Shown here: positions 57,088 to 64,000 of the stretch, one piece after another
Layout of the letters: each line of letters opens with the position of its first letter
Position numbering within the stretch: position 1 is the stretch's first letter
Source: Candidatus Limnocylindrales bacterium
GTDB taxonomy: Bacteria; Moduliflexota; Moduliflexia; Moduliflexales; JAUQPW01
Direction: 5' to 3'
DNA: 64,000 bases
Assembly (NCBI GenBank): GCA_035559535.1
Contig: DATMBG010000010.1
Span: 25,832-89,831, forward strand
Notes under the pieces: model-generated
Database searches by the model: none
What the model was told of the DNA's origin: nothing
The model's input: only the letters and a program-made list of their open reading frames with translations
Position numbers and translations under genes: made by a program

Positions 57088-58548
57088 GTGGTAGCAAACA
57101 ACGGAAAACGGGCAAAAAAATTGAAGCTTAAAAAGGGAGACCTGCTAACCTTAACGATCACCGATCTGGCTTTTGGAGGAGAAAGTGTTGCCAGAACGGA
57201 AGATAATCTGGTTGTCTTTGTGAAAGGGGGCCTTCCCGGGGAAGAGGTTCGGGTACAGATTACCCGATGTAAAGGTCGTTTTGTAGAAGGGAAGGTCCTT
57301 GAGATACTTCACCCCTCTCCTTTTCGGGTCCAGGCGCGTTGTAAACACTTTGGGCCGTGTGGAGGATGTACCTGGCAGGATCTTTACTATCCGGAGCAGT
57401 TGAAATTTAAGCAAAAACAGGTTCAGGATGCCCTAGTTCGTATCGGGAAGTTAACCGATTTTTCTATAAACCCCATGGTCGGAATGTCTCCAGAGCCCTG
57501 GTATTATCGTAACAAAATGGAATATACCTTTGGCTATGATGAACAGGGTCAATTGATTTTGGGCCAGCATCGCTCCGGTTATTGGGATCAATTGGTGGAT
57601 ATCGAAACCTGCTGGCTCCAATCTCCAACCAGCAATAAGATCCTGAACCTTTGTAAAGAATTTGCCAGAAGGCATGGATTGACGGCCTATTCCAGTAAAA
57701 CCCACCAGGGTCTCCTGCGGCATTTAGTTATCCGGGAAGGAAAAAATACCGGAGAGATCATGGTAAACCTGGTTACTTCGGGCGAAAATTTCCCTCAGCT
57801 CCCTGAGCTGGTTCAAGTCCTCACCTCTCAAGTTCCTGAAATCACCTCCATGGTTTTAAATGTAAATCGGCGTATCGGTGAAACCAGCCAGGGCGAGGAG
57901 GAGAAAGTTCTATGGGGGCGACCCACTATACGTGAAATTGTTAACGGCCTTGAATTTGAAATCTCGGCCAACAGCTTTTTTCAAACCAATACCCGACAGG
58001 CCGAAAGGCTATACCGTTTCGTGCTGAATATGGCCGAGGTGCATGAGGGCTCTGTGGTTCTGGATCTATACTGCGGTACGGGAGCCATTGCGCTTCACCT
58101 GGCTCCTCGGGTCAAGGAAGTCCATGGGATAGAAATCAATCCCATGGCTGTTGAAAATGCGCGACTCAATGCCCAGAAAAACCGAATTGAGAACGTTTTT
58201 TTCTACTGTGGGGAAGTCAAGAAAGTCCTTCGTACCCTCCCCTTTTATCCGGATTTGATCGTGGTGGATCCCCCCCGGGATGGATTAAACAGAAAGGTTA
58301 TTCAGGCAATGATAACCAAAGGACCTTCCCAAATCATCTACGTTTCTTGTAATCCGACCACGCTGGCACGGGATTTAAAAGATATCTGTGAAGCTGGTTA
58401 TAAAATTTCTCAAATCCAGCCCATCGATATGTTTCCGCATACGTTTCATATTGAAACTATTGTATCCCTTGTCCGTTGTCTGTCGCCCGTTGCAAGCCGT
58501 TCCTTACAACCTTCAACGGATAACCCCCAACGGATAACGGATCCTTAA
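57088..58548 (+). CDS. rlmD: 23S rRNA (uracil-C5)-methyltransferase RlmD/RumA family (TRAM + Fe-S + SAM-MTase)
   Basis: TRAM domain, a Cys cluster CKHFGPCGGCTWQ, and a class I MTase (LDLYCGTG). The C-terminal ~25 aa read through the heptamer-repeat hairpin and may be an artefactual extension. Confidence 0.75.
   Translation: MVANNGKRAKKLKLKKGDLLTLTITDLAFGGESVARTEDNLVVFVKGGLPGEEVRVQITRCKGRFVEGKVLEILHPSPFRVQARCKHFGPCGGCTWQDLYYPEQLKFKQKQVQDALVRIGKLTDFSINPMVGMSPEPWYYRNKMEYTFGYDEQGQLILGQHRSGYWDQLVDIETCWLQSPTSNKILNLCKEFARRHGLTAYSSKTHQGLLRHLVIREGKNTGEIMVNLVTSGENFPQLPELVQVLTSQVPEITSMVLNVNRRIGETSQGEEEKVLWGRPTIREIVNGLEFEISANSFFQTNTRQAERLYRFVLNMAEVHEGSVVLDLYCGTGAIALHLAPRVKEVHGIEINPMAVENARLNAQKNRIENVFFYCGEVKKVLRTLPFYPDLIVVDPPRDGLNRKVIQAMITKGPSQIIYVSCNPTTLARDLKDICEAGYKISQIQPIDMFPHTFHIETIVSLVRCLSPVASRSLQPSTDNPQRITDP
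58468..58545. repeat. second copy of the heptamer-repeat hairpin family (GTCCGTTGTCTGTCGCCCGTTG ... CAACGGATAACCCCCAACGGATAACGGATCC)
   Basis: Read directly from the sequence; it overlaps the 3' end of the rlmD ORF. Confidence 0.55.
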
Positions 58549-58551
58549 AAA

Positions 58552-60180
58552 TTGATCTTCTTTTTCCTTCTCCTGATCCTTTTATCTTCTACAGGTTGTG
58601 GCCAATCTGGACAGTCTGGAACCGATAATCAGATTACGGTTGGAATTTCCCAGGAGCCGGACAGCCTGGATCCTCTGTTTGGAGAAATGGCCGCATCCAG
58701 TGAGATTTTAGGAGCCGTTTTTCGCGGGTTAACGACCCGGAATGATAAATGGGAACTCCTCCCCGAGATTGCCAGGGATATTCCTTCCCTAACCACGGGT
58801 TCCTGGGAGCGGCTGCCTGGAGATAAAATGAGAACCACCTGGCATCTCAAAGAAGGGGTCAAGTGGGAAGACGGACAGCCTGTAACGGCAGAGGATTTTA
58901 TCTTTGCCCATCAGGTTATTATGGATGATCGGGTTCCGGTCATTTCCAGAGATTTAGACCGCCGGATCGAGAAAATGGAAGCTCCAGACCCTTTAACCCT
59001 GGTTGTTACCTGGAAAGAGCTTTATGCCTATGCCAATGAGGGGCATGCCCTGCTTCCCAAACATATTCTGGAACCTGTTTACCAGAAGGATCCTACCAAG
59101 TACCATGAATCCTTTTTTAATACCAAGCCGATGGGGAACGGACCTTTTAAAGTAACCCAATGGGAACCCGGGAATTTCCTGATTCTGGAGAAAAATCCTA
59201 ACTTCTTTGGGGAGTCCTCGAAGTTTAACAAGATTATCTACCGAATCATTCCCGACACCAATACCCTCCTGGCCAATTTGGAATCTCGAACCATTGATGC
59301 TGTCTCTCCTACCGGCCTTTCCTTTGACCAGGCTTTAGATTTTCAGAAACGAAAAGGGAATGACTTTAAGGTCATCTTCGTTCAAGGGTTAGTCTGGGAG
59401 CACATCGACATGAACCATGACCATCCCATTTTCAAAGATAAGAGGGTTCGCCAGGCTTTGTTATATGCAGTGGATCGAGAGAAAATGGTCCAGACTCTTT
59501 TTGAAGGGAAGCAAGAAGTAGCCCATAGCTGGCTCCCCCCTCGGCATTACGGATATTACGCCGATGTGAAGAAATATCCCTATGATCTAGAGAAAGCCCG
59601 AAAATTACTTGAAGAGGCCGGATGGAAAGAGGGGCCGGATGGAATTCGTGTCAACGAAAAAGGAGAGAAGCTCAGCCTGATCATCATGACCACGGCAGGG
59701 AATAAGATCCGGGAACGGGTTGAGGAAATTCTTCAGGCCGACTGGAAAAAGGCCGGAATCGATCTGGAAATCAAGAATCAGCCGGCCAAAGTTTTCTTCG
59801 GTGATACGTTACGATATCGCAAATTCCCCCACCTGGCCATGTATGCCTGGATTATAGGCCCTACCTCGGATGGAGAATCCCTTTGGACGATTAAAAATAT
59901 TCCTTCTCCTGAAAATAACTGGCAGGGGCAAAACCAGGGTGGATTTCGTCATCCGGAAATAGATCGGATTGATAACCTGGTTCCTAAAACTTTGGATGAA
60001 AAGGAACGGAAGGCCCTTCTGGCTCAAGAACAGCAAATATGGGCCGAGGAATTACCTTCTCTTCCCCTTTATTTCCGTATGGACGTTTCTGCAACCCGAA
60101 AAGATCTCCATAACTGGCTCGTGACGGGTACCGATACCCCGGTCACCTGGAATGCCGAGCAATGGTATTTTGCTAAATAA
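58552..60180 (+). CDS. ABC transporter substrate-binding lipoprotein, family 5 (peptide/nickel, OppA/DppA-like)
   Basis: TTG start; lipoprotein signal ...LLSSTGC; 542-aa SBP_bac_5-like fold. Confidence 0.7.
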   Translation: MIFFFLLLILLSSTGCGQSGQSGTDNQITVGISQEPDSLDPLFGEMAASSEILGAVFRGLTTRNDKWELLPEIARDIPSLTTGSWERLPGDKMRTTWHLKEGVKWEDGQPVTAEDFIFAHQVIMDDRVPVISRDLDRRIEKMEAPDPLTLVVTWKELYAYANEGHALLPKHILEPVYQKDPTKYHESFFNTKPMGNGPFKVTQWEPGNFLILEKNPNFFGESSKFNKIIYRIIPDTNTLLANLESRTIDAVSPTGLSFDQALDFQKRKGNDFKVIFVQGLVWEHIDMNHDHPIFKDKRVRQALLYAVDREKMVQTLFEGKQEVAHSWLPPRHYGYYADVKKYPYDLEKARKLLEEAGWKEGPDGIRVNEKGEKLSLIIMTTAGNKIRERVEEILQADWKKAGIDLEIKNQPAKVFFGDTLRYRKFPHLAMYAWIIGPTSDGESLWTIKNIPSPENNWQGQNQGGFRHPEIDRIDNLVPKTLDEKERKALLAQEQQIWAEELPSLPLYFRMDVSATRKDLHNWLVTGTDTPVTWNAEQWYFAK

Positions 60181-60182
60181 CT

Positions 60183-61151
60183 GTGTTTACCTATCTTCTT
60201 CACCGTCTGATCCAGATGGTCATTGTCTTATTCCTCCTCTCGCTGGGAACCTATTACCTGCTCGGCCTGATGCCCGGGGATCCTGTGGAGTTACTTATTA
60301 CCTCCAATCCGAAGGTTAAACCGGAAGATATCCAGCGGTTGAAAAAAGTTTATGGGTTGGATCAGCCCATTTACATCCGCTACTTCAAATGGTTGAAACA
60401 GGTCACCCTGGAGGGAGACCTGGGGTTCTCCCGTACGTATAAAAAACCCACTTCGGAGATTTTGAAAATCCGTATCTGGAACACCCTCAAGCTCATGACT
60501 TTATCCTTCCTGTTGAGTTTAATAATTGCAATTCCCATCGGAGTTTATTCTGCCATCCAACAATACTCTACCTTTGATTATTTTGCAAATCTCATGGCTT
60601 TTCTCGGCATTTCGGTGCCGACTTTCTGGTCAGGAATCCTGGCGATCCTATTCTTTTCCGTTCAGCTTCAATGGTTTCCGGCCGGAGGCATGTTCACCAT
60701 CGGGATAGACTCCTGGCTGGATCAGCTTAAGTATCTGATTCTTCCTACTGTTGTTCTCAGCATCGAGAGTATCAGTGGTTGGAGCCGTTATATCCGATCC
60801 AGCATGTTAGAAGTGCTCCACGAGGACTATATACGAACAGCCCGGGCCAAGGGGGTTTCAGAGAAAAAAATAATTTTTTATCATGCCTTTAGAAATGCCC
60901 TGATTCCAACCGTTACCATTCTCGCCCTTTCCATCCCGGGTCTTTTTAGCGGAGCCCTTATCACAGAGACGATTTTTGCCTGGCCCGGAATGGGGCGACT
61001 TCTCTACGATTCCGTCATGGGAAGTGACTATTATGTAGCCATGCTCTGTTTTTTATCCTTGGGATTTCTGACCTTGATTTTTAACTTTCTGGCCGATATC
61101 CTGTATGCCATTGTTGATCCCCGAATTCGGGTTTTGAAGGAGAGTACATGA
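60183..61151 (+). CDS. ABC transporter permease (DppB/OppB-like)
   Basis: Six TM helices and an EAA-like loop; 322 aa. Confidence 0.8.
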   Translation: MFTYLLHRLIQMVIVLFLLSLGTYYLLGLMPGDPVELLITSNPKVKPEDIQRLKKVYGLDQPIYIRYFKWLKQVTLEGDLGFSRTYKKPTSEILKIRIWNTLKLMTLSFLLSLIIAIPIGVYSAIQQYSTFDYFANLMAFLGISVPTFWSGILAILFFSVQLQWFPAGGMFTIGIDSWLDQLKYLILPTVVLSIESISGWSRYIRSSMLEVLHEDYIRTARAKGVSEKKIIFYHAFRNALIPTVTILALSIPGLFSGALITETIFAWPGMGRLLYDSVMGSDYYVAMLCFLSLGFLTLIFNFLADILYAIVDPRIRVLKEST

Positions 61152-62125
61152 GAAATATCCGATACCATCTTTCCCAAAGAAAGCGACTTTCCGGGTTCAT
61201 CAAGGTAAGGAAGCAGACCAACCGGACCTGGGATCGATTTAAAACCCATCGGCTTGCCTTTGTAAGCTGGCTGATTCTTTTGATTCTTCTTACCCTCTCC
61301 TTTTCTGCACCCCTCTTCTCGAAATACGTGACCCATTACGAAATGAGTCAGGTAGATCTCTCGGCCAGTTTCAAGCCTATTTCTTTGAAGCATCCCTTTG
61401 GAACCGACGAGTTAGGTCGGGATGTGTTTACGCGTATTCTGTATGGCGGAAGGGTTTCTTTAATGGTGGGAATTACAGCAGCCCTGACGGCCACGATCAT
61501 TGGAACCCTGATCGGAGCCGTGGCCGGTTATTACGGAGGGTGGCTGGATACGTTACTTATGCGCTTTACCGATACCATGATCTCCCTCCCCACGCTTCCT
61601 TTGATGATTATCCTGGCGGCTGTAGACCTTCCCAAGCATTTAAATTTAAAAGCTCTCCCCCTGGGGATCGATGTCAGCGTGCTCAATATCATCTGCATTG
61701 TGGTGATTTTCAGTTGGATGGGGGTGGCCCGGCTCGTTCGTGGCTCTGTACTCTCCCTTAAAGAGCGGGACTTTGTAACGGCAGCTCAGGCCCTGGGAAT
61801 GTCCACCGGCCGAATTATCTTCGTTTATTTAATCCCCAACTGTATGGCCCCCATCATCGTCTCTGCAACTCTGGCCGTAGGAGGCAATATTCTCTATGAA
61901 TCTGCCCTCAGCTTCCTGGGGCTTGGAATTCAACCCCCTGTTCCCAGTTGGGGGAATATGCTGAACAATGCCCAAGATTATCTGCGGAAAGCCCCTATGC
62001 TGGCTCTTTTCCCGGGTTTATTTATCCTGCTTACCGTGGTAAGTATTAACTTTCTCGGGGATGGACTCCGGGATGCATTGGATCCCCACTTCGTCCAGGG
62101 GCGTAAAAAAATAAACTATAATTAA
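61148..62125 (+). CDS. ABC transporter permease (DppC/OppC-like)
   Basis: N-terminal OppC-type extension; 325 aa; 4-nt overlap with the previous gene. Confidence 0.8.
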   Translation: MRNIRYHLSQRKRLSGFIKVRKQTNRTWDRFKTHRLAFVSWLILLILLTLSFSAPLFSKYVTHYEMSQVDLSASFKPISLKHPFGTDELGRDVFTRILYGGRVSLMVGITAALTATIIGTLIGAVAGYYGGWLDTLLMRFTDTMISLPTLPLMIILAAVDLPKHLNLKALPLGIDVSVLNIICIVVIFSWMGVARLVRGSVLSLKERDFVTAAQALGMSTGRIIFVYLIPNCMAPIIVSATLAVGGNILYESALSFLGLGIQPPVPSWGNMLNNAQDYLRKAPMLALFPGLFILLTVVSINFLGDGLRDALDPHFVQGRKKINYN

Positions 62126-62218
62126 CTTGACAAGCTCGGGTTAACTCCAACATATTCTTCCTTAATGGAAATTACTTTATACCAAATCGGTATGGAAATG
62201 GGATGTAGAGTAGGAATC

Positions 62219-62300
62219 ACTCCACCCTAACCCCCTCTGCCTGTGGGGAGAGAAGGAAGCGACTGCTTACGTAAGGGCCACGCAGAGTCGCCCCTCCCCA
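62219..62300. repeat. GC-rich REP-like element (TCCACCCTAACCCCCTCTGCCTGTGGGGAGAG ... CGCCCCTCCCC)
   Basis: It shares the TCCACCCTAACCC head with the element at 63188. Confidence 0.55.
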
Positions 62301-62392
62301 AGATGTAACCCCTTCAGAGGGACTGAATAGGAGGCAACCTATTCCATCAGAATGGGTATTAGTCGGTCGTACCCTTTTTATAAGGAGAAATT

Positions 62393-63031
62393 ATGGAATT
62401 GATTAAACACTTCATCGATATTTTCTTGCATCTGGATGTACACTTAAATACCGTTATTCAAGAATATGGTATCTTAACTTATTTACTCCTTTACCTCATC
62501 GTTTTTTGTGAAACCGGTCTGGTTGTAACTCCCATCCTTCCCGGAGATTCCCTGCTTTTTGCTGCAGGAACCTTTGCAGCCAGCGGGTCCCTTCAACTTT
62601 CCTCCTTATTGATTCTCCTCAGCATTGCTGCAATAGCCGGTGATACGGTAAACTACTGGATAGGAAACTTTCTAGGCCCCAAGGTCTTCGGTCGTTTTTT
62701 AAATCAAGAGTATTTACATCGGACCGAGCGGTTTTATGAAAAGTACGGAGCGAAAACGATCATTTTAGCAAGATTCGTTCCAATTATCAGAACCTTTGCT
62801 CCCTTTGTGGCGGGGATTGGAAAGATGAATTACGGGCGATTTATCAGCTACAACGTGATAGGCGGAGTTGCCTGGGTTTTCATTTGTGTTTTTGCAGGCT
62901 ACTTCTTCGGTAATATTCCCATCGTCCAAAAGAACTTTACCCTGGTTATTCTGGCTATTATTTTCATCTCAATTCTGCCTGGTCTCATTGAGGTCTGGCG
63001 TCAGCGCCAGCAAGTAAGTAGCCACCAGTAG
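62393..63031 (+). CDS. DedA-family (TVP38/TMEM64-like) membrane protein
   Basis: VVTPILPGDSLLFAAGTFAASG signature; 212 aa. Confidence 0.75.
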   Translation: MELIKHFIDIFLHLDVHLNTVIQEYGILTYLLLYLIVFCETGLVVTPILPGDSLLFAAGTFAASGSLQLSSLLILLSIAAIAGDTVNYWIGNFLGPKVFGRFLNQEYLHRTERFYEKYGAKTIILARFVPIIRTFAPFVAGIGKMNYGRFISYNVIGGVAWVFICVFAGYFFGNIPIVQKNFTLVILAIIFISILPGLIEVWRQRQQVSSHQ

Positions 63032-63187
63032 TCGTTGAGGGAAATCCTGTCCGGTTAAATCTAAATAAGTGTTCTGCTTTCCCTTACCCCCGCACCCCAT
63101 ATGCGCCGGGTTAAGCTGCAAAGCTCCGTCAGGAGTGAACAATGGGGTAGCCCTCGACTTACGTCGAGGGATTCAGAAATGGAGCAG

Positions 63188-63240
63188 TCCACCCTAACCC
63201 TCTCCCCCTCTTCCCCCGCCAGCGAGGGGAAGGGAGGGTC
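63188..63240. repeat. GC-rich REP-like element
   Basis: tccaccctaaccctctccccctcttcccccgccagcgaggggaagggagggtc. Confidence 0.55.
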
Positions 63241-63274
63241 GGCCTGCTTGAAGGCCCGCAAGGTACTAAAGGTA

Positions 63275-64000
63275 CTATTTAAAGGGTTCAAAAGCTACGG
63301 CTCCGAAGCTTATGCCGGGAATTCCCAGGGCGGCTCCTTCTTCGTCATCATAAATATCAAATCTGTCAATATCTTGAGGGGTCGTGTGATCCCAGGTATT
63401 ATTCCTGGCTTGAATGGGGTTAGGGGTGGTATTCCGAAGATCAAAGGTAATGTTTCCCTGAAGAACATTACCTCCCGAGCTTCCTCCTGAACCTCCTCCC
63501 AGGTCGGCGTTGGCATTTCCCTCGATGCGTACCCCATCTTGGGTGTTATTGGTAATGGTATTTCCACTGAGGGTCGGCGAGGAATTATCCTGACATAAAA
63601 TTCCGGTATTTTTGCCGGTGATGGTATTCCCTGTAATCTTGGGTTTGGCACTCTGGCGGACTGTAATGCCGTTTCCTCCACTTCCTGTGATGGTATTGTT
63701 ACTGATGGTAGCCGTAGAATTGCCATCACAATCAATTCCGTTGGGTGTTTGGATATTGTTATCGGTGATGGTAACCGAAGAACCCAGGCAACTTACCCCG
63801 GTTGTGGCTCCCTGGATCGTAAATCCGGTGATGGTACTGTTGTTGGCTCCAGCCACAGCTAAAGGGACTCCTGCATCGAGAATCGTTGCATTTTTATCCT
63901 CACCCTGGAGAATAATGCCCGATTTTAAAAAAATAGAAGGGCGACTCACGACGTGATAGGTTCCCCTGGCTGCCAGAACCGTACTTCCATTCGGTGCCGC
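63275..64000 (-). CDS. right-handed parallel beta-helix repeat protein (N-terminal part lies beyond window end)
   Basis: Repeated NNTITG.N.GI motifs (TITDNNIQ, ISNNTITGSGGNGITV, ITGNTITGKNTGILC, LSGNTITNNTQDGVRI). The reading frame stays open upstream of the track start through position 64000. Confidence 0.55.
   Translation of the reverse strand, partial: AAPNGSTVLAARGTYHVVSRPSIFLKSGIILQGEDKNATILDAGVPLAVAGANNSTITGFTIQGATTGVSCLGSSVTITDNNIQTPNGIDCDGNSTATISNNTITGSGGNGITVRQSAKPKITGNTITGKNTGILCQDNSSPTLSGNTITNNTQDGVRIEGNANADLGGGSGGSSGGNVLQGNITFDLRNTTPNPIQARNNTWDHTTPQDIDRFDIYDDEEGAALGIPGISFGAVAFEPFK

Noticed and set aside
2957-63240. Whether the recurring GC-rich palindromes form a CRISPR array.
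   Set aside because: The copies are single or paired, tens of kb apart, inverted-repeat rich and variable in sequence, with no regular repeat-spacer periodicity and no cas genes.
63310-63956. Track ORFs 63310-63735 (minus) and 63612-63956 (plus) overlapping the beta-helix gene.
   Set aside because: They are alternative frames of the same DNA. Only the frame giving NNTITG beta-helix repeats has recognisable protein features, and it continues open to the window end.

Overview
This 64 kb window is a densely coded chromosomal region from a Gram-negative-type bacterium (roughly 48-50% GC by eye). I call about 52 protein-coding genes on both strands and find no rRNA, tRNA, CRISPR array, transposase or integrase. 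The ORF track omits ORFs truncated at the window edges (otsA at the 5' end, a beta-helix protein at the 3' end) and translates TTG/GTG starts as M.

Gene content, in order:
- A DhnA-aldolase/otsB/otsA trehalose operon, VanZ-like and acpS genes.
- A long minus-strand run: holin-like protein, LarA-like racemase, a TM-NB-ARC-WD40 STAND NTPase, an HMG-CoA-synthase-like/DUF35 fusion, dodecin, an HpaI-type aldolase, a small cytochrome c and a XoxF-type (DYD motif) PQQ methanol dehydrogenase.
- A GAF protein, a 2-hydroxyacid dehydrogenase, a MaoC dehydratase/alpha-beta hydrolase pair, an RraA-family protein and a receiver-histidine kinase hybrid.
- A pseudo-receiver protein paired with a cNMP-binding/patatin (NTE-like) protein, followed by an operon of a 641-aa internally repetitive helical protein, an orphan Tat solute-binding protein and a TPR lipoprotein.
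- An ArsP-like permease fused to an SPFH domain, a sigma-70 factor, a GGDEF-EAL protein, YceI and PEBP.
- An acid-sugar catabolic cluster (otnI/otnC/otnK plus an enolase-superfamily enzyme) and a glutamate dehydrogenase.
- An M28/glutaminyl-cyclase-like peptidase, ftsH, a YVTN beta-propeller protein, a threonine dehydratase, a SurA-like PPIase, an HTH-receiver regulator, clpP, rlmD, an Opp/Dpp-type ABC importer lacking ATPase genes, and DedA.

Findings worth follow-up:
- A BCP/PrxQ-type peroxiredoxin whose peroxidatic Cys codon is an in-frame TGA with a hairpin 11 nt downstream, which I read as a selenoprotein that the ORF track splits into two ORFs.
- A membrane-anchored STAND (NB-ARC + 14 WD40) protein.
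- An NTE-like cNMP-patatin protein with Asn at the nucleophile Ser position, paired with a pseudo-receiver protein.
- A permease-SPFH fusion.
- An OtnK/OtnC/OtnI cluster joined to an enolase-superfamily enzyme instead of a dehydrogenase.
- At least three families of intergenic palindromic repeats: GC-rich CCCTCTCCC...GGGAGAGGG REP-like elements at 8 or more loci, a hairpin built from tandem octamers, and hairpins built from tandem TGTCCGT-type heptamers.
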